Below are positions 39,180 to 50,181 of a stretch of DNA of 64,000 nt, piece after piece. How positions within the stretch are numbered: position 1 is the first letter of the stretch; every line of letters begins with the position of its first letter. Below the pieces are notes generated by a model. The model saw only the letters and a list, made by a program, of their open reading frames with translations, did no database searches and was not told the DNA's origin. The position numbers and the translations under genes are program-made. The stretch is from Candidatus Cloacimonadales bacterium (GTDB taxonomy: Bacteria; Cloacimonadota; Cloacimonadia; Cloacimonadales; JAIOQZ01). Location: positions 2,368,001-2,432,000 of the forward strand of contig OY771587.1 in assembly GCA_963674825.1 (NCBI GenBank), written 5' to 3'.

Positions 39180-41567
39180 ATGAAACCTGCACCGAAATTC
39201 ATCCGCATGTGGCTCGGTGAGCCGCTTCTGAGCCTGATCCTGATTTTATGCCTCGTAATCGGTATGTCTGTGTATGTCTTAATCACGGTTTATTTGTCCT
39301 ACCAACTCTCCTGGGACAGGAATCTTTCCGATTATCAAAACACCTACCGTATGCAGAACATGGTGAAGCGAGATGTCGAATACCTGCTTTTCAACACTTC
39401 CATCGGACTTGCAAGGACTCTGAAAGGGCGGCTTCCGCAGATCAAGGATTGCTATGCAATCTCGCCGATAAAAATCAATTTCCTTTTCACATTTAACGAC
39501 AATCCCGTCGATATGAGCATGCTTGTGCTGGCATCGAAGAACGCGCCGAAAGGTCTGGGTATGAAGATGATCTACGGCGATATCGATACCTGCCTGGATC
39601 AGGATAAAGGATTACTGGTTTCGCATTCGATGGCGATAAAGACCTTTGGCGATCGCGATCCGCTTGGTGAAGTGATTCACCTTGTGCGTGACAATCAAAA
39701 GTATGAACGATTCATCGTGAGCGGTGTTTTCGAGGATTTCCCGGAGAATCAGCACATCCAGTCGGATTTCTTCTTCTGGAGTGATTTTCTGGATGTAGTT
39801 GGTGAAGAGAGCACCGAACTCGCGAATCCCGAGGACTATCTGGATTTTTCGGGTAATGTCTATTACGTACTTGAAGACGGTGCTGATTCCAAAATCGTGG
39901 AGCGTGAAGCGCAGAAGATTTTCGAAGAGGTCAGAGGATCCGTACCGGACATTGATCCTGATGTTTCGTACAATTATGCCCTGACTCCTCTCAAGGACAC
40001 GCATTACCTTACGGAAGGATACGACAGCTTCGATACTTTCGACCGCATGAAGTTGATGAAGTACGGCATTCTGGCGGTTGCAATCCTGCTGGTGTTGATC
40101 ACCAATACGATCATCCTTTTAATGGTGCGAATCATGGGACGCCGGCGCGAGATCGATATCCGTCGTAGTTTAGGCGCATCCAGTGGTGATATCGTCCGGC
40201 AGTTCATCGGTGAACACACAACTTTGTATAGCGCGGTGCTGGTGCTATCCGGAGTGATTCTATGGCTGATTTTGCCCCATATCCGGCAGTGGATTCACGG
40301 GCTTCCGCAGCACATTGTTCCGGGACCGTCTTTCTGGCTGTACACTATCTCTGGTCTGTTCGTGGGTGGATTGATCACGATTCTGTACCCGGCTGTGTTT
40401 GCTCGCATGATGCTGCAAGACCGATCGAAATCCAATCAGTGGAAACTGGTGATGGTGATTCAACTCACCTTGTCGCTGGTGCTGCTGACCAGCGCGATTC
40501 TGCTTAACCGGCAGATTCGGCACATTGAGAGTCTTTATCCCGGCTTTAACGCGGAAAACGTGCATAGCTTCTTTTACATTGTTTGCCAGGAAGAATACCG
40601 GAATGTGCTGATGGAAGAAACCTGGAAGGTTCCGGGAGTCGAAGCTGCCTGTTTCTCGGACAACATGCCGACACATAAGCCGCATGAGAGTTGTTTGCGC
40701 ATCACAGGTGAAAAATCGAATGGCGAATATCTTCAATGCCCTGTGAATCTCGGTTCTCATGAAATCTTCGACGTATTCAAGATCCAACTTGTGAAGGGAC
40801 GTCTCTGGGATACTTCAGAGTCGAATGGTGTGATCGTCAACGAGGCGTTCATGCAGCGATATGCGCATCATGGTATCGGGCTCGGTACGGTCGTTGAAGT
40901 GGGGAAGGAGGGAGACACGACCTTCTTCTTCAGCGGCGAGATCATTGGCATCGTGAAAAATGTATGGTGGGATGATGTCCGGAGACCTGCGCAGCCTATG
41001 GTCTATTGCAACGGATTCACTTATGGCGGTTATTTTCACTATCGTATCCGGCCCGGGATGGAAGAAGAGACGTTGACGGAACTTCGTGCGATCATGCTGA
41101 AGCAAGCCAATAAGTACCAGATTCGAGAAGTGGAATACGATACGCAATACGAGATCGAACACAATTACGATGCTGAACGCGCTTTTCTGCAGGTGGTTGG
41201 CTTCGCTACGATAATCGGGCTTTTCTTCACGTTCGTGGGTGTTTACGGTCTCACCGCTTTCACGCTTAAACGGCAGTTGAAGAATCTTGCCGTGCGTAAG
41301 GTTTACGGTGCGTCGTCATGGGATACGCTCAAGCTTCTTCTGCGCGATTATCTGGTTCTGCTTGGTGTGGCTCTTGGGATTGCGATCCCCGTATCGTTCT
41401 ATGCGCTGACAAAATGGCTTGGCAATTTCTCCATTCGTATAGAGCTGGGCGTTATAGAATACGCACTGAGCCTTGCAGGGACATTTGTTATCGTTCTGCT
41501 GGCGGTTGTGATTCACTGGCGGAAACTCAATCGTGTGAAGTTGATCGATTTTCTGCGGACAGAATAA
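39180..41567 (+). CDS. MacB/FtsX-family ABC transporter permease (duplicated 8-TM type)
   Basis: RRREIDIRRSLGAS and LAVRKVYGAS motifs; two large extracytoplasmic domains; AGGAG before ATG 39180. Confidence 0.85.
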   Translation: MKPAPKFIRMWLGEPLLSLILILCLVIGMSVYVLITVYLSYQLSWDRNLSDYQNTYRMQNMVKRDVEYLLFNTSIGLARTLKGRLPQIKDCYAISPIKINFLFTFNDNPVDMSMLVLASKNAPKGLGMKMIYGDIDTCLDQDKGLLVSHSMAIKTFGDRDPLGEVIHLVRDNQKYERFIVSGVFEDFPENQHIQSDFFFWSDFLDVVGEESTELANPEDYLDFSGNVYYVLEDGADSKIVEREAQKIFEEVRGSVPDIDPDVSYNYALTPLKDTHYLTEGYDSFDTFDRMKLMKYGILAVAILLVLITNTIILLMVRIMGRRREIDIRRSLGASSGDIVRQFIGEHTTLYSAVLVLSGVILWLILPHIRQWIHGLPQHIVPGPSFWLYTISGLFVGGLITILYPAVFARMMLQDRSKSNQWKLVMVIQLTLSLVLLTSAILLNRQIRHIESLYPGFNAENVHSFFYIVCQEEYRNVLMEETWKVPGVEAACFSDNMPTHKPHESCLRITGEKSNGEYLQCPVNLGSHEIFDVFKIQLVKGRLWDTSESNGVIVNEAFMQRYAHHGIGLGTVVEVGKEGDTTFFFSGEIIGIVKNVWWDDVRRPAQPMVYCNGFTYGGYFHYRIRPGMEEETLTELRAIMLKQANKYQIREVEYDTQYEIEHNYDAERAFLQVVGFATIIGLFFTFVGVYGLTAFTLKRQLKNLAVRKVYGASSWDTLKLLLRDYLVLLGVALGIAIPVSFYALTKWLGNFSIRIELGVIEYALSLAGTFVIVLLAVVIHWRKLNRVKLIDFLRTE

Positions 41568-41658
41568 CACAATCCCCATATCGTGATAATGCATTAAACG
41601 GAATAAAACGTGCATACAATGTACATGAGTAATTATATCAACGTAAGGAGAACACGTA

Positions 41659-44600
41659 ATGAAAAAGATGATCTTTGTGGTCCTGATCATGATAGCCGCG
41701 TTTTCGACGCTTATGTCTATTCCCTTTGCGCCGACAACGACGGACCTTCAAGAACGTATTCAGGCCGCTGCTCCCGATGAGCAGATTCCGATTATTATTG
41801 CGCTCAAAGACCGCTATAACTCAGCGGATCTGATTCGAGCGACCAACGACCTCAATCCGCAACAACGCCGGCAGTATGTTGTGGATCAGCTGAAGGCTTT
41901 TTCAGCAAGCTCTCAGCAGAATGTGATGCAATATCTTCAGGCTAATCGCAGTGCGGTTACCAACGTAAGATCGCTCTGGATTGCCAATGTGATTTTCTGC
42001 GACGCAACCCCGGAAGCGATCGAGCAGCTTGCTCAACGCACGGATATCCGCCGTATCGACTGGGATGACGAACAGAATCTGCTGGATCCCCGCGAGTGGG
42101 CGAACTCCCGTGTGGTGGAAGGTGAACGTGAGATCACCTGGAACGTGACCAACGTCAACGCTGATGACGTGTGGGCCCTTGGTTATACAGGCGAAGGCAT
42201 CACCATTGCCGTTATCGATACGGGAGTAAACTACAATCACGTTGATCTTGCCGATCACGTATGGGAAAGCGACGAATACCCCAATCACGGATACGACTTT
42301 ATCAATGGCGACAACAACCCCATGGACGATCACGGCCACGGAACCCACTGTGCTGGAACCGTAGCTGGTGACGGTACAGCAGGATCACAGACTGGTATGG
42401 CTCCGGAAGCTACAATCATGTGTCTGAAAGTACTTACCTCATCTGGTAACGGACAGGAATCTGCCGTGTGGTCAGCAGTCGAATTCGCTGTGGAACAGGG
42501 CGCGAACGCATTCAGCATGTCACTTGGCTGGACAGATAGCGGTAATCCCGATTATGAATCATGGCGCGACACAATGGCTAACGCGCAGGCTGCCGGTGTT
42601 GCCGGAGCGATTGCTGCCGGTAATGAAGGTGCATATCAATCTTGGTACCCGATTCCTCATAACGTCCGTGTACCTGGCTGTTGCCCTCCGCCGTGGCTTC
42701 ATCCTGACCAGGAACTCGAAGGTGGAACTTCCTGTGTTATCTGCGTTGGTGCAACCACCAGCAGCAATACGATCGCCAGTTTCTCCAGCCTCGGACCCTG
42801 CACATGGGAAGATGTCAATAACTACGAAGACTATCCTTATAATCCTGAGATGGGCTTGATCAGACCTGATATCGTTGCTCCCGGAGCGAACATAAAATCC
42901 TTGGATTATTCCAGCAATTCCGGTTACGCCGATGGTTGGGACGGAACTTCCATGGCAACCCCCTGCGTTGCGGGTGTTATCGCACTGATGCTTGATAAAA
43001 ACGAATTCATGTTACCTGCCGATATCGACCAGATTATCGAAAATAACCGATATGAAATCACCGATACAAAGAGCAATACCTATGGTTCAGGCCGTATTGA
43101 CGCACTCCTGGCAGTTGAAGCTACGAACCCGCCGAACATGCCGCCGTATGCTCCGATGAATCCCTATCCCGAGAATGAATCTGCCTGTGCCTTTACCGGT
43201 ACGCAGATTACATGGGATGACGGAAACGGTACTCCTTCCGAATACTATGTTGTGTATGTCGGAACCGACAACCCACCGGTGGACATTGTCAATGGTGTGC
43301 AGACAACCGATACGTCATACGAACTCGAAGGTCTGCTTGAATACAACACCCAGTACTACTGGCGTATCGATGCTGTAAACGAATTTGGTTACACCGAAGG
43401 CGACACCTGGACTTTCTCGACCATCGCCGAAGCAAGTGAAAGCTTCGAGAGCGGTGACTTCACTAACTTTGACTGGTATTCGAACTCGACGGTTCCATGG
43501 GAAATCGATGAATCTCAGGCGATGGACGGAATCTATTCCGCGCGCAGTGGCGATATCCCATCATATTACTACACCGAGCTGTGCCTTGACGTGTATGTAC
43601 CCTTCGAAAGCGAAGTGGTCTTTTTCAAGAAAGTAAGTTGTGAAGATGACGAGAACGATCAGGACGACAGGCTGAAGTTTACGATCGACGGTGAACAAAT
43701 GGGCGCTTGGGATGGCGAGATCGATTGGTCTTACTCCTCATTTCCCGTAACAGCCGGCAACCATACACTCGTCTGGACTTATCTGAAAGTTGGAAATACT
43801 ACCGCTGGTGACGACTGCGTCTGGATAGACTATATCGTTCTTCCGCCGGCACTCTTCCCGCCTAGCGATCTTGCCTGTGACATTATCGATGGTAATGACG
43901 TTGCGCTCGAGTGGACGGCACCGAGTAGCACAAACGGTTTGGAAAGCTACAAGGTCTACCGCGATAGTGTCGAGATCGCAGAGATTACCGATCTTGAAAC
44001 GCTTACATTCACAGATGAAGAACTCGAGAACGGAAACTATTCCTATTATGTGACCGCTATATACGAAGCTGGTGAATCGCAACAATCGAACGTTGAAGAA
44101 GTCACGATTTGGGTTGCTCATCCGCCAATGAATCTGGTTGCCGAGATCGAAAATAACAACGATGTCGTGCTGACCTGGGAATTGCCGGTGGAACGAGTTG
44201 AATTGACTCGCGATGAATTGACCGGATTCAAAGTCTATCGCGATGACGAAGTGATCGCCGATATAACCGGAGCAGAGACCCTTACCTATACCGATATGGG
44301 TCTTGATGGCGGAACGTACGTTTATTACACAACCGCTGTGTACCGTGGAATCGAGTCTGATCCTTCGAATGAACAGGAAGTGCAAATTCTCGCAAATGAT
44401 CCGACGGCCCCGCCTGTTGAGACACGATTAGTGGACGCATCTCCCAATCCGTTCAATCCGACAACTACGATCAGCTTCGATCTGGCAAAACAGCAGCATG
44501 TAGAGTTGGTTGTTTACAACATGCGTGGACAGAGAATCCGCAGCCTTGTATCGGAAGTTCTGGATCCGGGCAAACATCACGTTGTCTGGGATGGTAGAGA

Positions 44601-44694
44601 CGATTCTGGCAAGCTGGTTGGATCTGGCGTGTTTCTTTACTCAATGAAGAGTGCTGGATACTCATCCGTCAAGAAGATGCTGATGCTGAAATAG
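41659..44694 (+). CDS. Secreted S8 subtilisin-like protease with FN3-like repeats and a FlgD/T9SS-like CTD
   Basis: Signal peptide; catalytic motifs IDTG, HGTHCAG and GTSMATP; PNPFNP...YNMRGQ...KKMLMLK tail. Confidence 0.92.
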   Translation: MKKMIFVVLIMIAAFSTLMSIPFAPTTTDLQERIQAAAPDEQIPIIIALKDRYNSADLIRATNDLNPQQRRQYVVDQLKAFSASSQQNVMQYLQANRSAVTNVRSLWIANVIFCDATPEAIEQLAQRTDIRRIDWDDEQNLLDPREWANSRVVEGEREITWNVTNVNADDVWALGYTGEGITIAVIDTGVNYNHVDLADHVWESDEYPNHGYDFINGDNNPMDDHGHGTHCAGTVAGDGTAGSQTGMAPEATIMCLKVLTSSGNGQESAVWSAVEFAVEQGANAFSMSLGWTDSGNPDYESWRDTMANAQAAGVAGAIAAGNEGAYQSWYPIPHNVRVPGCCPPPWLHPDQELEGGTSCVICVGATTSSNTIASFSSLGPCTWEDVNNYEDYPYNPEMGLIRPDIVAPGANIKSLDYSSNSGYADGWDGTSMATPCVAGVIALMLDKNEFMLPADIDQIIENNRYEITDTKSNTYGSGRIDALLAVEATNPPNMPPYAPMNPYPENESACAFTGTQITWDDGNGTPSEYYVVYVGTDNPPVDIVNGVQTTDTSYELEGLLEYNTQYYWRIDAVNEFGYTEGDTWTFSTIAEASESFESGDFTNFDWYSNSTVPWEIDESQAMDGIYSARSGDIPSYYYTELCLDVYVPFESEVVFFKKVSCEDDENDQDDRLKFTIDGEQMGAWDGEIDWSYSSFPVTAGNHTLVWTYLKVGNTTAGDDCVWIDYIVLPPALFPPSDLACDIIDGNDVALEWTAPSSTNGLESYKVYRDSVEIAEITDLETLTFTDEELENGNYSYYVTAIYEAGESQQSNVEEVTIWVAHPPMNLVAEIENNNDVVLTWELPVERVELTRDELTGFKVYRDDEVIADITGAETLTYTDMGLDGGTYVYYTTAVYRGIESDPSNEQEVQILANDPTAPPVETRLVDASPNPFNPTTTISFDLAKQQHVELVVYNMRGQRIRSLVSEVLDPGKHHVVWDGRDDSGKLVGSGVFLYSMKSAGYSSVKKMLMLK

Positions 44695-44731
44695 CATTTT
44701 CGGCTTTAACAAAGTCATAACGAAAATTTCC

Positions 44732-44762
44732 AAGGCAGGTCGAAAGGCCTGCCTTTTTTTTT
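44732..44762 (+). terminator. Intrinsic terminator
   Basis: aaggcaggtc-gaaa-ggcctgcctt followed by a long T tract. Confidence 0.88.
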
Positions 44763-44796
44763 AACGTAGGAGTAAGCCACTGCGATTTCCTTTTTG

Positions 44797-47133
44797 TTAC
44801 TCCGATCTGAGGGTATCTACCGGATTAATCCTTGCGGCACGGATCACGCGATAAGATAAAGTCGCAACCGCAATGCTGAACACAAGCATAATGGGCAACA
44901 AGAAATCGTACCACTGCATTTTTGTGTGATAGCGGAAGATGTTGAGGAATCCCCCAGCGAAATACCACGATACGATAATTGCAGGCGGAATCGAAATGAG
45001 CAGCAGGATCAGGAACTCCCGCATCAGCAGCGTAACGATGCTCAAGGATGACGATCCGAGTACCTTGCGGATGCCTATTTCACGCGTCTTCTGCTGCGCG
45101 ATAAACGAACTCAGGCCGAAGAGTCCAACGCATGATATAAACGCAGCAAACAGTGTGAACCAGCTAATAATGTCGCGTGTCCGTTCGTTGCCGGCATAGT
45201 TCTGACGGATGTTGTCATCGAGAAAGCTGTACTGGAATGGGATATCGGGAGAGATTTCACGAAAGACGCTCTCAATGTATTCGAGGGTTCCCTTGATATC
45301 GTCCGGAGCGATCTTGATCAGGATATCGGAACAGGTCCAGATAACGGTGTTGATCATCAGCGGTTGAATATCCTCACTCAGGGGACGATTGTGATAATCC
45401 TTGATGACACCAATGATGGTTCCCTCTCTTCCGTACATGTCGAAACGTTTACCGATAGGATCATCAATTCCCATGATTGAAATCGCTTTCTCATTGAGAA
45501 TATATTCGCAATTGGGCGGTTCATAGGCTTCTTCAGAGAAGTTTCGCCCATCGAGGAGCTCTATGTCCATTGTATTGAGATAATGATCATCGGTGAGCAG
45601 GAAAAAGAAGATTACAACCTCGTCATTTGGTTTACCTTCCCAGTTGGCTGGATTGATGTTTCCGACGTTGTTGGGCTGCGTCGATACGAACGTGAGGTCG
45701 CGGATGTGGCTTGATTCTGTCAAGCGCTGACGAATGGTGTCTTTCTTCTCGGAGAAATCGTTATGATAGGGCACGCAGATGACATTATCCTTATTGAAAC
45801 CGAGGTCTTTGGTATAGATGTAGTCGAACTGTCGCATGATGACAAACGTACAGATGAGAAGCGTGAGGGTCGCAAAGAACTGGAAAACCAGCAGTGCTTT
45901 ACGGAAGAGCTGATTAGGGTGACTGCCCGTTCCTCCTTTAAGGGTGACGATCGAATTGACCGATGAGAGATAAACCGCTGGATAGAGACCTGCAACAAGG
46001 ACTGTGAAGACAATGATCAACGGAATCCCCAAAAGCAACACAGGATTGTTCAGTGAAAGTGAAACGTGCGAACCGGCAAGGTTGTTGAATGTCGGGTAAA
46101 CCCATTGAGCCAGCAACAGCGCCAGCGTTATTGAGATGATAACAAGAATAGCCGCTTCCACCATGAATTGCTGAATGACCTGGTTACGCCCAGCTCCAAC
46201 TACCTTGCGTATACCGACCTCCCGGGTACGGGTCAGTGCGCGTGCCATGGCCATGTTCAGGTAATTGATACAGGCGATGATCAGGATGATAATGCCTACA
46301 ACGCTGAAAAGGATGACGTAAATCAGGCCTGCTGGACGTTCCTGATTATCGTAAAGGTGAATACGAGACATCGCTTGCAGGTGAACGTCACTCACATCGA
46401 CGTCGCGTGGGCTGAAATCGCGAAGTGAGCTGAGCACTTTTTCGCGCAGCGCTGCGATATCCGTATTTGGAGCAATCTGGATATAACCCTGAAGTTCGTA
46501 ACTCCAGCTATTGATCCGATCTTCTCCGAGGAGCTTGAGCGGGAAGATGTAGTCGTAGCGGATCGATGATTCAAGCGGAGCATCCTGCACAATGCCGGTG
46601 ACTTCGTACTGCCGGGTGTTGGATACCATGATCGATTTACCCATGGGATCTTGATCACCGAAAAGCTTATGGGCTGTTGATTCGGAAAGGATAACGGAGC
46701 GTGGTTCTTCCAATGCCTGGACAGGATCGCCTGCAAGTAGCGTGAAATCGAAAATGGAGAAGAATCCGGGTTCGGTCAGGATCACACTGTTTTCGGTAAA
46801 TGTCTTGTCATCGTAGCTGACGATAATATTGTAAAGATTACGTATGCGTGCTCCGTCGATGATCTCCGGGAATTCTTTGATCAATTCGGGTACGAATCGG
46901 TAGGATATGGTCTCGCTGACCATCTCTTCGCCGTTATTGACACTTGCGTAAAGCACCTGGTAAAGGTTGGGCAGGTTGCTATGGAATCGGTCGTAGCGCA
47001 GCTCGCCCTGCACCCATAATAGAAGAAGCAGGCTGACGGCGATACCAATGGAAAGGCCGAGGATGTTCAAGAATGAAAATCCCTTGAAACGAAGTAAATT
47101 ACGGAATCCGATGCGAATATAGTTTGACCACAA
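44797..47133 (-). CDS. MacB/FtsX-family ABC transporter permease
   Basis: FRNLLR.K.FS.LNILGLSIG, REVGIRKVVGA and REIGIRKVLG motifs; ends NPVDTLRSE. Confidence 0.9.
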   Translation of the reverse strand: MWSNYIRIGFRNLLRFKGFSFLNILGLSIGIAVSLLLLLWVQGELRYDRFHSNLPNLYQVLYASVNNGEEMVSETISYRFVPELIKEFPEIIDGARIRNLYNIIVSYDDKTFTENSVILTEPGFFSIFDFTLLAGDPVQALEEPRSVILSESTAHKLFGDQDPMGKSIMVSNTRQYEVTGIVQDAPLESSIRYDYIFPLKLLGEDRINSWSYELQGYIQIAPNTDIAALREKVLSSLRDFSPRDVDVSDVHLQAMSRIHLYDNQERPAGLIYVILFSVVGIIILIIACINYLNMAMARALTRTREVGIRKVVGAGRNQVIQQFMVEAAILVIISITLALLLAQWVYPTFNNLAGSHVSLSLNNPVLLLGIPLIIVFTVLVAGLYPAVYLSSVNSIVTLKGGTGSHPNQLFRKALLVFQFFATLTLLICTFVIMRQFDYIYTKDLGFNKDNVICVPYHNDFSEKKDTIRQRLTESSHIRDLTFVSTQPNNVGNINPANWEGKPNDEVVIFFFLLTDDHYLNTMDIELLDGRNFSEEAYEPPNCEYILNEKAISIMGIDDPIGKRFDMYGREGTIIGVIKDYHNRPLSEDIQPLMINTVIWTCSDILIKIAPDDIKGTLEYIESVFREISPDIPFQYSFLDDNIRQNYAGNERTRDIISWFTLFAAFISCVGLFGLSSFIAQQKTREIGIRKVLGSSSLSIVTLLMREFLILLLISIPPAIIVSWYFAGGFLNIFRYHTKMQWYDFLLPIMLVFSIAVATLSYRVIRAARINPVDTLRSE

Positions 47134-47179
47134 AACAAACTCCTGGAACGTTCATATTCGTACAATGAATGTGAAGAAT

Positions 47180-47212
47180 AAGGACACATTTTTACTTGAA
47201 AATGCGTCCTTT
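47180..47212 (-). terminator. Hairpin, possible terminator after the Eis-like gene
   Basis: Minus strand aaggacgcatttt-caagta-aaaatgtgtcctt; weak U tail. Confidence 0.5.
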
Positions 47213-47259
47213 TAATGATTCAGCTATACGAAATGCAATATAGGTGCCACTCCAGATCT

Positions 47260-48471
47260 TTAGAAGTGAACGAATGTGTAGATATATTCTTTCGGGAACC
47301 AGCTTTTCAGAAGCTTTGAGGGGCACGCATCGGTATTGCGGATCATGCCGCGATAGATAATTTCATCCGGATCAAGCGCACCGTAAACCAGGCTGGAAAG
47401 GCCGCGGATATCCATCTCGATATCCGGGATCATCTTCGCTGCAGTAGCTTGGAGCTTTTTGCCATCCGATTCCACAACCCAAGTGCCGTTATTCCATGCA
47501 CAGAGTGGGTCGGTCACACCGATGACAAGCCTTCCAGCGGTTGGTGCAGGCAGATCGTTCAGAGCTCCGGCGACGTCCATGACGCGAACCATCCATGGGT
47601 TGGAGCCGAGTTTCGACTGGATGAGCATCTGCGGATCGATCAGGAATTCGAAAGGATTGACCCCATAGGGGAGATGCATCCGGATGCGTCCGACATTCTC
47701 GAAATGGCGTGCGAAGAACTGGAGGATAGCGTCACGTGCCGGGCGGTCGCTGTACACAAAGTCAAGAATCCTGAAGTAGGCGAATCCGGTCGTCTCGTCC
47801 CGCTTCTTGGCATAGATCGCTGAACCTCGAATTCCTTGCTCGTCTCTGACAACAATCGCAATGCGGTCTTTGCGAAGCTCCTGGCGGAAGCCTTCGGGAA
47901 GAATCTTGGGACTGACATAACCGTGATGCTGTCGAATGCCTTGTGTGTGGCAGTAGTCAATGTATTCGGTCCAATCGTCATGGAAGTCCAGTTGGACCAT
48001 CTCAATATCTTCAGGTAATTCGGTATTGATGTAATGTACGAGGCCTCTTGTGTCAAACTCGATTTCCATGCCTCGCGAGGCTGCGACGTAGCCGAACATC
48101 TCGTAATAGGTGCGTTTGAAGGGAGAGAGCATGCTGACGGGCATCTGGAGTTCGTGCATCTCGTCGAAGACATGTTTGAAGAGTTCGCGGACAAAACCCT
48201 TTCTTCGATGAATTGGATTGGTTGCTACATTACCGATCGCGCCCATCTTTTTCGGTACACCGCGAACGGATTGTACCATCCGGTGGTTGATTGTGCTAGA
48301 TTCAATCTTGCCATCCACAAATACTGCCCAGGCGGTTTCCGGGTCAAACCAGGCAATCTCGTCATCTTTCGCGTCGCCATCTTTCCATTCACCGAAAGCA
48401 TAGCGGCTCAGCAGGATGTATTCTGTTTTCTCAGCTTCAGTAATCTTGCGTAATATCACGGTTTCCTCCAT
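47260..48471 (-). CDS. Eis-family GNAT acetyltransferase
   Basis: VATNP.HRRKG and L.PF...YY..FGY motifs; SCP-like C-terminus DPLC.WNNG.W...L..LVYG. Confidence 0.87.
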   Translation of the reverse strand: MEETVILRKITEAEKTEYILLSRYAFGEWKDGDAKDDEIAWFDPETAWAVFVDGKIESSTINHRMVQSVRGVPKKMGAIGNVATNPIHRRKGFVRELFKHVFDEMHELQMPVSMLSPFKRTYYEMFGYVAASRGMEIEFDTRGLVHYINTELPEDIEMVQLDFHDDWTEYIDYCHTQGIRQHHGYVSPKILPEGFRQELRKDRIAIVVRDEQGIRGSAIYAKKRDETTGFAYFRILDFVYSDRPARDAILQFFARHFENVGRIRMHLPYGVNPFEFLIDPQMLIQSKLGSNPWMVRVMDVAGALNDLPAPTAGRLVIGVTDPLCAWNNGTWVVESDGKKLQATAAKMIPDIEMDIRGLSSLVYGALDPDEIIYRGMIRNTDACPSKLLKSWFPKEYIYTFVHF

Positions 48472-48487
48472 GTGATTATCATGTATT

Positions 48488-49144
48488 CTATCGTCCGGAA
48501 ATTAGTAGAAATATAGAATAGAAAACGGGTGCGGCCAGTACGAACAGTACGATCATATTGATAATACCCAGCCGTGGATCGATGAACTGCTGGACGATGC
48601 CCGATGCAAAGAAGAGAATCCCACCGGCGACGAAGCACCATCCTGCGAATCGTGATATTCGATGCCAGAGGTTTTGCCATTTCTCCATGTGGCGCGGATC
48701 GATCTCGATTGTGGTTACAAATGGTATTCTGGGCAATATTCTTCCGATTGCACAGAAGAGAATAGCCAGAAGCGTGTTCATCACTAGTGTTACATAGGCG
48801 AAACCGGGAGATACCGCCAGCATCAGCGTGAAGATATGGATTGCGGCAAAAAATGAGATCAATGTGTTGCACAGCAAAGGAAAGATATACATCGCCTTCC
48901 GATAACGTTCATCTTTTTTTGCCAGCACTTTAGGCACAAAGTACAGGGATAAGAAAGTGGCGAGATTCATCCCCACGAAGAGGTAAATACCTTCAGTTTT
49001 TCCGGCGTAACGATCAATATCGCCTTGAAGGTTCCAGTGTGCTGGGATTTCGATATTATGAGGCAGGGCAACAGCGAAATAAATCATCATGAGAATCTGG
49101 ATCGTCAGAGCGATCAGACTTGTGCGGTACTGCATAAGGCGCAT
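48488..49144 (-). CDS. DUF1648/SdpI-family membrane protein
   Basis: IPAHWNLQGDIDRY and W...HR...AG..F motifs; about 6 TM segments; GGAGG RBS. Confidence 0.78.
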   Translation of the reverse strand: MRLMQYRTSLIALTIQILMMIYFAVALPHNIEIPAHWNLQGDIDRYAGKTEGIYLFVGMNLATFLSLYFVPKVLAKKDERYRKAMYIFPLLCNTLISFFAAIHIFTLMLAVSPGFAYVTLVMNTLLAILFCAIGRILPRIPFVTTIEIDPRHMEKWQNLWHRISRFAGWCFVAGGILFFASGIVQQFIDPRLGIINMIVLFVLAAPVFYSIFLLISGR

Positions 49145-49622
49145 ACAACCACCTCCAGGTTACATGAGCAGTATGTAATAGTTTCCTGGAAGATGTCAAT
49201 AGGATTTCGTTTGGGGGATATCAGGCTTCTATGTATTCAGGGATGTATGCTTGCGCCTTTTCCATAGAAACGATCAATCATTGTGAGAAGCTCATGATCA
49301 ATCTTTTCTGGTAGTCAAGCTTGGAATGATATCTGGCAACGACTGGAAAATACCTGATGTTCACAGTGCTCTATATTGCTGATTCGAGATAAACTATCGA
49401 TGTTGTAATTTATGTCTTTGTCTCAATTTACACATCAATCGTGAATCTAACCGATTATATATTCACATTTTAGGGATATGCCAAGAGTCTAATTCAGAAA
49501 ATTTGTTTGACAAAAAAAGTACGCAGGAAAATAGAGTATTCGAAAGTATAATAGTTGAAAATACAATATGCGAAAAGATCATAGATTTTCATTCGCGTTT
49601 CACCCGCGAATGAGGAGGTTAA

Positions 49623-50177
49623 ATGTCAAAGGTTCACCTTGTAGTGCTGGGTATGCTCAATGAGAAACCGATGCATGGATATGAATTCAAGTACTATCTT
49701 GAAGAGCGTAGCCTGGAGCATTGGTCGAGAGTCAATCTCCCAGCGATTTATAAAGCATTGCAGTCATTGGAAGACAAAGGTCATATCACAGGTAAAAAAG
49801 AAGTAGAAGGGAATAACCCGCCCAGAACCGTTTATCGGATCACAGAATCCGGCAGGAAGTTTTTGAGAAAAATGGTCACAAACAATTTAATGAATCCAAA
49901 GCACAAACCTGATTTTTGGATCGCGATCGCGTTCATGATCAAGGTTGTCACATATGAGACAGCCCGAAGGGCGATCGAACTACAACTCGAACAAGAAGAC
50001 AAGGAGCATCGAGACATTAAATTCGCTTCAATGAAACAGCAAACGGATGTCCCATTCAACGGAAGAGTGTTGATACAATTGGGACTCGGTTTTCACGAAA
50101 CCGAGAAGAAATGCTTAACGGCTCTCTTGGAAGAGATGGCCAAGCCTGAAAATCGAGAAAAATTCATAGAGGGGTAA
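49623..50177 (+). CDS. PadR family transcriptional regulator
   Basis: VLGML.EKPMHGYE, IY.AL..LE..G.I and Y.ITE.G motifs. Confidence 0.9.
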   Translation: MSKVHLVVLGMLNEKPMHGYEFKYYLEERSLEHWSRVNLPAIYKALQSLEDKGHITGKKEVEGNNPPRTVYRITESGRKFLRKMVTNNLMNPKHKPDFWIAIAFMIKVVTYETARRAIELQLEQEDKEHRDIKFASMKQQTDVPFNGRVLIQLGLGFHETEKKCLTALLEEMAKPENREKFIEG

Positions 50178-50181
50178 TGAA

